Positions 7,082 to 10,499 of a DNA stretch of 10,499 nucleotides are shown in pieces (position 1 is the stretch's first letter; each line of letters opens with the position of its first letter). The notes below the pieces were generated by a model. It had not been told where the DNA came from and did no database searches. It worked only from the letters and a program-made list of their open reading frames with translations. The translations under genes and the position numbers were made by a program. Source of the stretch: Bacteroidota bacterium (lineage in GTDB: Bacteria; Bacteroidota; Bacteroidia; Bacteroidales; UBA1715); the NCBI GenBank assembly GCA_009786075.1, contig WQTX01000099.1:1-10499 (forward strand). The letters run 5' to 3'.

Positions 7082-8653
7082 ATGGAAGAAAACTTATTTA
7101 TGATTGTCGGGGTATTGTTTCTTGTTGTCATTTTGTCGGCAATTGGAATTTTTTCCCGTTACAGGAAGTGTAAATCGGACGAGATTTTGGTTATCTACGG
7201 TCTAACCCGCGGAAACAAATCGTCCAAATGTATTCAAGGGGGAGCTGCATTTGTGTTGCCTATTGTACAAGGGTATGCCTACATGTCGTTGAAACCGTTG
7301 CAATTTGAGTGTAACTTACAAAAAGCGCTCTCTTCTCAAAACATTCGTGTGGACGTGCCAACCACCGTAACGGTAGGTATTAGTACCGAATGCGATGTAA
7401 TGCAAGCGGCTGCCGAGCGTATTTTGGGGTTGGGACGCTCAGAAATCGAAGATTTGGTGCGTGATATTGTGTACGGTCAAATGCGTACAATCATTGCCGA
7501 TATGACCATCGAAAAGTTGAATGCCGACCGTGATGAATTTTTGGCAAAAGCGAAAAGTTTGATTGATACCGAATTGAAAAAAATCGGTTTACTGTTGATT
7601 AACATCAATATTACCGATATTCGCGATGAAGCGGGATATATCGTTCAGTTAGGTAAAAAAGACCAAGCGAAGGCGATTAACCAAGCCAATATTGAGATTG
7701 CCAATGCCGAACGCGAAGGGGAAACCAAAGTAGCCGAACAGTTGAAAATCAAAAATTCGGTTATTGCAGAAACCAAAAAAGACGAACAAATCGCGATTGC
7801 CAACGCGCATCGTGACCAAAATATTTCGGTAGCGCAAGCTGAATCCGAACGTGATTCAAAAGTCGCGGAAGCGAAAAAAGACAGAGACATCAACATTGCA
7901 AGCTTTAACTCAGAGGCGCGCATTGGAGAAATTGAAGCAATGAAAAAAGTAACGGTTTCTAACGCCGAATTAGAGGTAATCAAGGCGGAAGCGCAAGGAC
8001 GTTCACAGTCAGCCGACGAGCGCGCAAGAGCTGAAATCGAAAAAAATAAAGAGTTAGCCCGCAAAGAAGCAGAAGAAGCTCGCGCAAAACGTATGGAGGC
8101 GGCGTTGACTGCCGAGCAAATCGTTCCGGCAGAAGTCTCCAAGCAACAAAAATTGATTGATGCTCAAGCCTATCAGTTGAAACTTGAAAAAGAGGCAGAA
8201 GCTAACGCCAACAAACAACGCATCGAGGCGCAAGGTAAAGCAGACGCTTTCGCATCCGAAGGTAAAGGTCGCGGGGAAGCCGTGAAAGCCGAAGGTTTGG
8301 CGCAAGCACAAGTTATCAAGGAGCAAGGTTTGGCAAAAGCCGCCGCCGAAAAAGCATCGTTAATGGCTCAAGCAGAAGGATTTGAGGCGATGGTGAAAGT
8401 AGCTGAAAACAACCCGCAAGTCGCTATCCAATGGAAGATGGTAGAACAATGGAGAGACATCGCCGCCGAACAAGTGAAAGCGTTTGAGAAGATTAACTTA
8501 GGCAATGTCAACGTAATGGATACCTCAAACGGAAGTACGCTGACCAACTTGCTAACTGGCTTAGTATCATCCATCGCTCCGGTAACGGACATAATGAAAA
8601 CCATTCCGGGCATACCGAATGCGTTGAAAGTGAAGAGCGAAAACGAAAAATAA
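7082..8653 (+). CDS. floT: Flotillin-family SPFH/band-7 domain protein (FloT/YqiK-like)
   Basis: The 523-aa protein has an N-terminal TM helix (LFMIVGVLFLVVILSAIGIF). An SPFH-like region follows (ILVIYG..., RVDVPTTVTVGI, LVRDIVYGQMRTIIADMTIEKLNADRDEFL). A long Ala/Glu/Lys-rich coiled-coil with EA repeats comes next (ADERARAEIEKNKELARKEAEEARAKRMEAA...). The gene is 26 nt downstream of the NfeD-like gene. Length and composition match the YqiK/FloT family. Confidence 0.9.
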   Translation: MEENLFMIVGVLFLVVILSAIGIFSRYRKCKSDEILVIYGLTRGNKSSKCIQGGAAFVLPIVQGYAYMSLKPLQFECNLQKALSSQNIRVDVPTTVTVGISTECDVMQAAAERILGLGRSEIEDLVRDIVYGQMRTIIADMTIEKLNADRDEFLAKAKSLIDTELKKIGLLLININITDIRDEAGYIVQLGKKDQAKAINQANIEIANAEREGETKVAEQLKIKNSVIAETKKDEQIAIANAHRDQNISVAQAESERDSKVAEAKKDRDINIASFNSEARIGEIEAMKKVTVSNAELEVIKAEAQGRSQSADERARAEIEKNKELARKEAEEARAKRMEAALTAEQIVPAEVSKQQKLIDAQAYQLKLEKEAEANANKQRIEAQGKADAFASEGKGRGEAVKAEGLAQAQVIKEQGLAKAAAEKASLMAQAEGFEAMVKVAENNPQVAIQWKMVEQWRDIAAEQVKAFEKINLGNVNVMDTSNGSTLTNLLTGLVSSIAPVTDIMKTIPGIPNALKVKSENEK

Positions 8654-8677
8654 AATTTTGTAAACACAAAGGCACGG

Positions 8678-8720
8678 AGAACACGAAGAAAATTTAAAAC
8701 TTCGTGTTCTTTTTGTTTTG
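8678..8720. terminator. Bidirectional hairpin terminator between the convergent flotillin (+) and 8742..9482 (-) genes
   Basis: An 11-bp perfect stem AGAACACGAAG (8678-8688) pairs with CTTCGTGTTCT (8700-8710). The loop is 11 nt and A/T-rich. On the + strand it is followed by TTTTGTTTTG (8711-8720). It lies between the stop codons of the two converging genes. Confidence 0.65.
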
Positions 8721-8741
8721 TAACGGGGAGCTCTACCGTGG

Positions 8742-9482
8742 TTAAAATGGCAAATTTATACGGATATTTTGCGGATAACAATAAAGTGTAGTTTGTTCTG
8801 ATTTTAGAATTAGTTTGTCGCCCGAAAAATCAATGTCATAAAATCCGTTGTAAACAAAATCAAAAGTATCGGTTTGTAAAATTTGTAGTGAATTTTCATC
8901 AAGCACCCACTTCCCAAAAACTGTATGAGAGTTGAAACCGGGCAATATTATTGTTCCGTTTGTTCTTATGCTAATACTTTCTTGACAAAATCCCGCTCCA
9001 ATAATTCGGAGTTGTTCAACAGTATTTGGCGCGTATGACTTTCCGTTGTATATAATTTGTTCAACGCACCAACTCTGTTTTGTTAATCGTTCATAAGTTG
9101 AGGGTAATGTTGCAAGTCGGACTATACCTATAATTCCCAAAAGAGCAATGGTAACAATTATTATCAACCGCAGTTCCGGTCGTAATTTTTTAAGAAGCGG
9201 TATTTGTGAAGTTACATTAGCAAATTTGTTTAGACTTTTTGAAGGTTGCAAGTCCTCATCCTTAATGTAACCTCCATCTTTTAAAATCTCAATAGCCTTT
9301 TCAACATCACTTTCCCTCACCTGCAGTTTTACTCCGCCAATCACGTCAGAATAAATCGGGATCACTTCTACTGTCAGCTCATCCAATACACGATATTCAA
9401 TTTCATCCGCTTCTAAAAGTGTCCGCAGTACCGCAAGCTCAATCGAGTGGGCAAATGTCATTATAGTTATAAAATTGTCCAA
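8742..9482 (-). CDS. Membrane protein with an N-terminal DUF2007-like (putative signal-transducing, P-II-like) domain
   Basis: The 246-aa ORF has N-terminal ~65 aa (ITIMTFAHSIELAVLRTLLEADEIEYRVLDE...GGVKLQVRESDVEKAIEILKDGGY) that resemble DUF2007 proteins common in Bacteroidales; I am recalling this motif from memory. A TM helix follows (LRLIIIVTIALLGIIGIVRL), and then a C-terminal domain of unknown function. Confidence 0.6.
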   Translation of the reverse strand: MDNFITIMTFAHSIELAVLRTLLEADEIEYRVLDELTVEVIPIYSDVIGGVKLQVRESDVEKAIEILKDGGYIKDEDLQPSKSLNKFANVTSQIPLLKKLRPELRLIIIVTIALLGIIGIVRLATLPSTYERLTKQSWCVEQIIYNGKSYAPNTVEQLRIIGAGFCQESISIRTNGTIILPGFNSHTVFGKWVLDENSLQILQTDTFDFVYNGFYDIDFSGDKLILKSEQTTLYCYPQNIRINLPF

Positions 9483-9532
9483 TTTATCAATTTTTTAATT
9501 GTAATGTTGTGTTAACGATGAAATGTTTCTTC

Positions 9533-9560
9533 GTAGAGACGCGGCACGCCACGTCTCTAC
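9533..9560. repeat. Third copy of the GTAGAGACG...CGTCTCTAC palindrome, in the intergenic region between two minus-strand genes
   Basis: GTAGAGACG (9533-9541), loop cggcacgcca, CGTCTCTAC (9552-9560). The arms are the same as at 710 and 6344. It is not followed by a T-tract on either strand. Imperfect inverted repeats flank it: aatgttgtgtta at about 9503-9514 against ttacacaacagc at about 9598-9609. Confidence 0.5.
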
Positions 9561-9620
9561 AGGGAAGCGCAGTTGATATTACAACATTTTATCATTACAC
9601 AACAGCAGTTTTAAAACATA

Positions 9621-10022
9621 TCATTCTATCACTTTTGCGAAAGCCTCATCAATCTCCCGCGATTCGCCAAGTCGCCCATTTACGATACTGACAGAATCAA
9701 TTTTCCCTTTCGTGCAGAGTTCCATATCAGGCATACGATAGATTTCTTGAAAAAAGATGTATCGGATGCCTTCTTTTTTTAAGGCTAATTTACACACAAA
9801 CTTATCGCCGCTTTTTAGCGGACGTTTATACGCAATTTCGATTTTCGCCACTACGGCATCAATACCTTTGGCGTGCAGTTCCGCAAAATCAAGTCCTACC
9901 GTTTTAATAAACTGATGGCGTGTATGTTCCATATAATTTTGGTAAACCGCATTATTCACGATTCCTTGCAGGTCGCACTCATAATCGCGCACCTCGAATT
10001 CTTGTTCAAAAATAAAGTTCAT
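9621..10022 (-). CDS. Acyl-CoA thioesterase, hotdog fold (YbgC/4HBT family)
   Basis: The 133-aa protein contains FEVRDYECDLQGIVNNAVYQNYMEHTRHQFI..., the characteristic N-terminal catalytic-region pattern (DxxGHVNNAxY-like) of 4HBT/YbgC thioesterases. Its size is typical of the family. Confidence 0.8.
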   Translation of the reverse strand: MNFIFEQEFEVRDYECDLQGIVNNAVYQNYMEHTRHQFIKTVGLDFAELHAKGIDAVVAKIEIAYKRPLKSGDKFVCKLALKKEGIRYIFFQEIYRMPDMELCTKGKIDSVSIVNGRLGESREIDEAFAKVIE

Positions 10023-10046
10023 ATAAAATACTAAAAAAATTTAATG

Positions 10047-10054
10047 TGCAAAAA
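10047..10054 (-). promoter_or_regulatory. Candidate -7 element (TAttTTTG on the minus strand) about 25 nt upstream of the thioesterase start
   Basis: The reverse complement of 10047-10054 is TATTTTTG, which matches TAnnTTTG. The match is by motif only. Confidence 0.3.
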
Positions 10055-10156
10055 TACAATATTGTAACTAATGTAGTAAAGGCTTTATGATTTTTCTTTA
10101 ATGAAATTTTACAAATTAGCTGCATTTTTTATAGGACAAATGGTAGTGGCGTAGAG

Positions 10157-10211
10157 GCACGAAAGGGCGAATAACAAAAATTCGTGCTTTCGCGCCTTCG
10201 CCCTTTCGTGC
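10157..10211. terminator. Strong hairpin (15-bp perfect stem, 25-nt loop) just downstream of the 10218..10499 minus-strand ORF; probable terminator or attenuator-like element
   Basis: GCACGAAAGGGCGAA (10157-10171) pairs with TTCGCCCTTTCGTGC (10197-10211). The loop contains TTCGTGC (10181-10187), which can alternatively pair with the 5' arm GCACGAA. No clean T-tract follows on either strand. Confidence 0.45.
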
Positions 10212-10217
10212 GTTAAA

Positions 10218-10499
10218 TTACCACCAAATCTGTACTCCATTTTCATACGTAAAAATCCGCTCCTCCCGTCCTTTTGTCAAATTTCTCAACCAAAACAAAG
10301 CATTGGAAGGTGCATTCGTGTATTCCAAATATTGCTTTGAAGTCCCGGTTTGTCTTCCAAGCGAGTTCCACTGATAATTGTCCCAATAAAAAAGTTCGTA
10401 CTCCTCCCCTTCCTTGATAAAATTATCATCATTTCGAGGCAAAAAACGGAAATTAGCGATATTAACAGGTTTTCCGAAATCCAAGCCTACCCAACCTCT
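10218..10499 (-). CDS. C-terminal portion of a hypothetical protein (5' end beyond window)
   Basis: The minus-strand frame is open from the window edge (RGWVGLDFGKPVNIANFRFLPRNDDNFIKEGEEYELFYWDNYQWNSLGRQ...IWW*). The M in the ORF track at 10484 is a TTG codon. The composition is protein-like and Trp/Tyr-rich. No family was recognised. Confidence 0.5.
   Translation of the reverse strand, partial: RGWVGLDFGKPVNIANFRFLPRNDDNFIKEGEEYELFYWDNYQWNSLGRQTGTSKQYLEYTNAPSNALFWLRNLTKGREERIFTYENGVQIWW

Noticed and set aside
7645-8326. Ala/Ser-rich antisense ORFs (165, 62 and 90 aa) within the flotillin gene
   Set aside because: They are an artifact of the GC-rich GCN/GAA-repeat coiled-coil coding region read on the opposite strand.
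8368-8781. 137-aa minus-strand ORF overlapping the flotillin 3' end and the bidirectional terminator
   Set aside because: It overlaps the strong flotillin ORF and runs through the terminator hairpin. It would also collide with the 8742..9482 gene.
9509-9691. 60-aa plus-strand ORF across the GTAGAGACG palindrome and into the thioesterase 3' end
   Set aside because: It spans a hairpin and overlaps the well-supported thioesterase gene. The composition is not protein-like.

Overview
The window is low-GC and looks like Bacteroidota. The evidence is T9SS C-terminal sorting domains on the large secreted proteins, no Shine-Dalgarno sequences, and TAnnTTTG -7-like motifs upstream of genes. Most of the window is a tandem pair of very large modular secreted proteins. 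The first copy is only partly in the window: its 3' end is at 1..696. The second copy is complete at 946..6330 and encodes 1794 aa: signal peptide, M6 (InhA-like) zinc metalloprotease domain with HEFGH, a possible InlB-B-repeat-like Ig domain, four internalin-type leucine-rich-repeat modules interleaved with a beta-rich domain and tandem Cys-rich 'C-x9-C-x2-C...ALGH' mini-repeats, and a T9SS C-terminal sorting domain. The last ~0.78 kb of each copy, including a double-hairpin terminator, is nearly identical (1..780 vs 5635..6413). The complete gene also carries internal direct repeats of about 1 kb. Downstream is a conserved NfeD-like / flotillin (FloT/YqiK-type, SPFH) two-gene operon at 6540..8653 (+). 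It converges on a minus-strand gene for a DUF2007-like membrane protein (8742..9482) across a shared bidirectional hairpin. Next on the minus strand are a YbgC/4HBT-type hotdog acyl-CoA thioesterase (9621..10022) and the 3' part of a further minus-strand ORF that runs off the window edge. A short GTAGAGACG...CGTCTCTAC palindrome occurs three times. No rRNA, tRNA, CRISPR array or recognisable transposase was seen.
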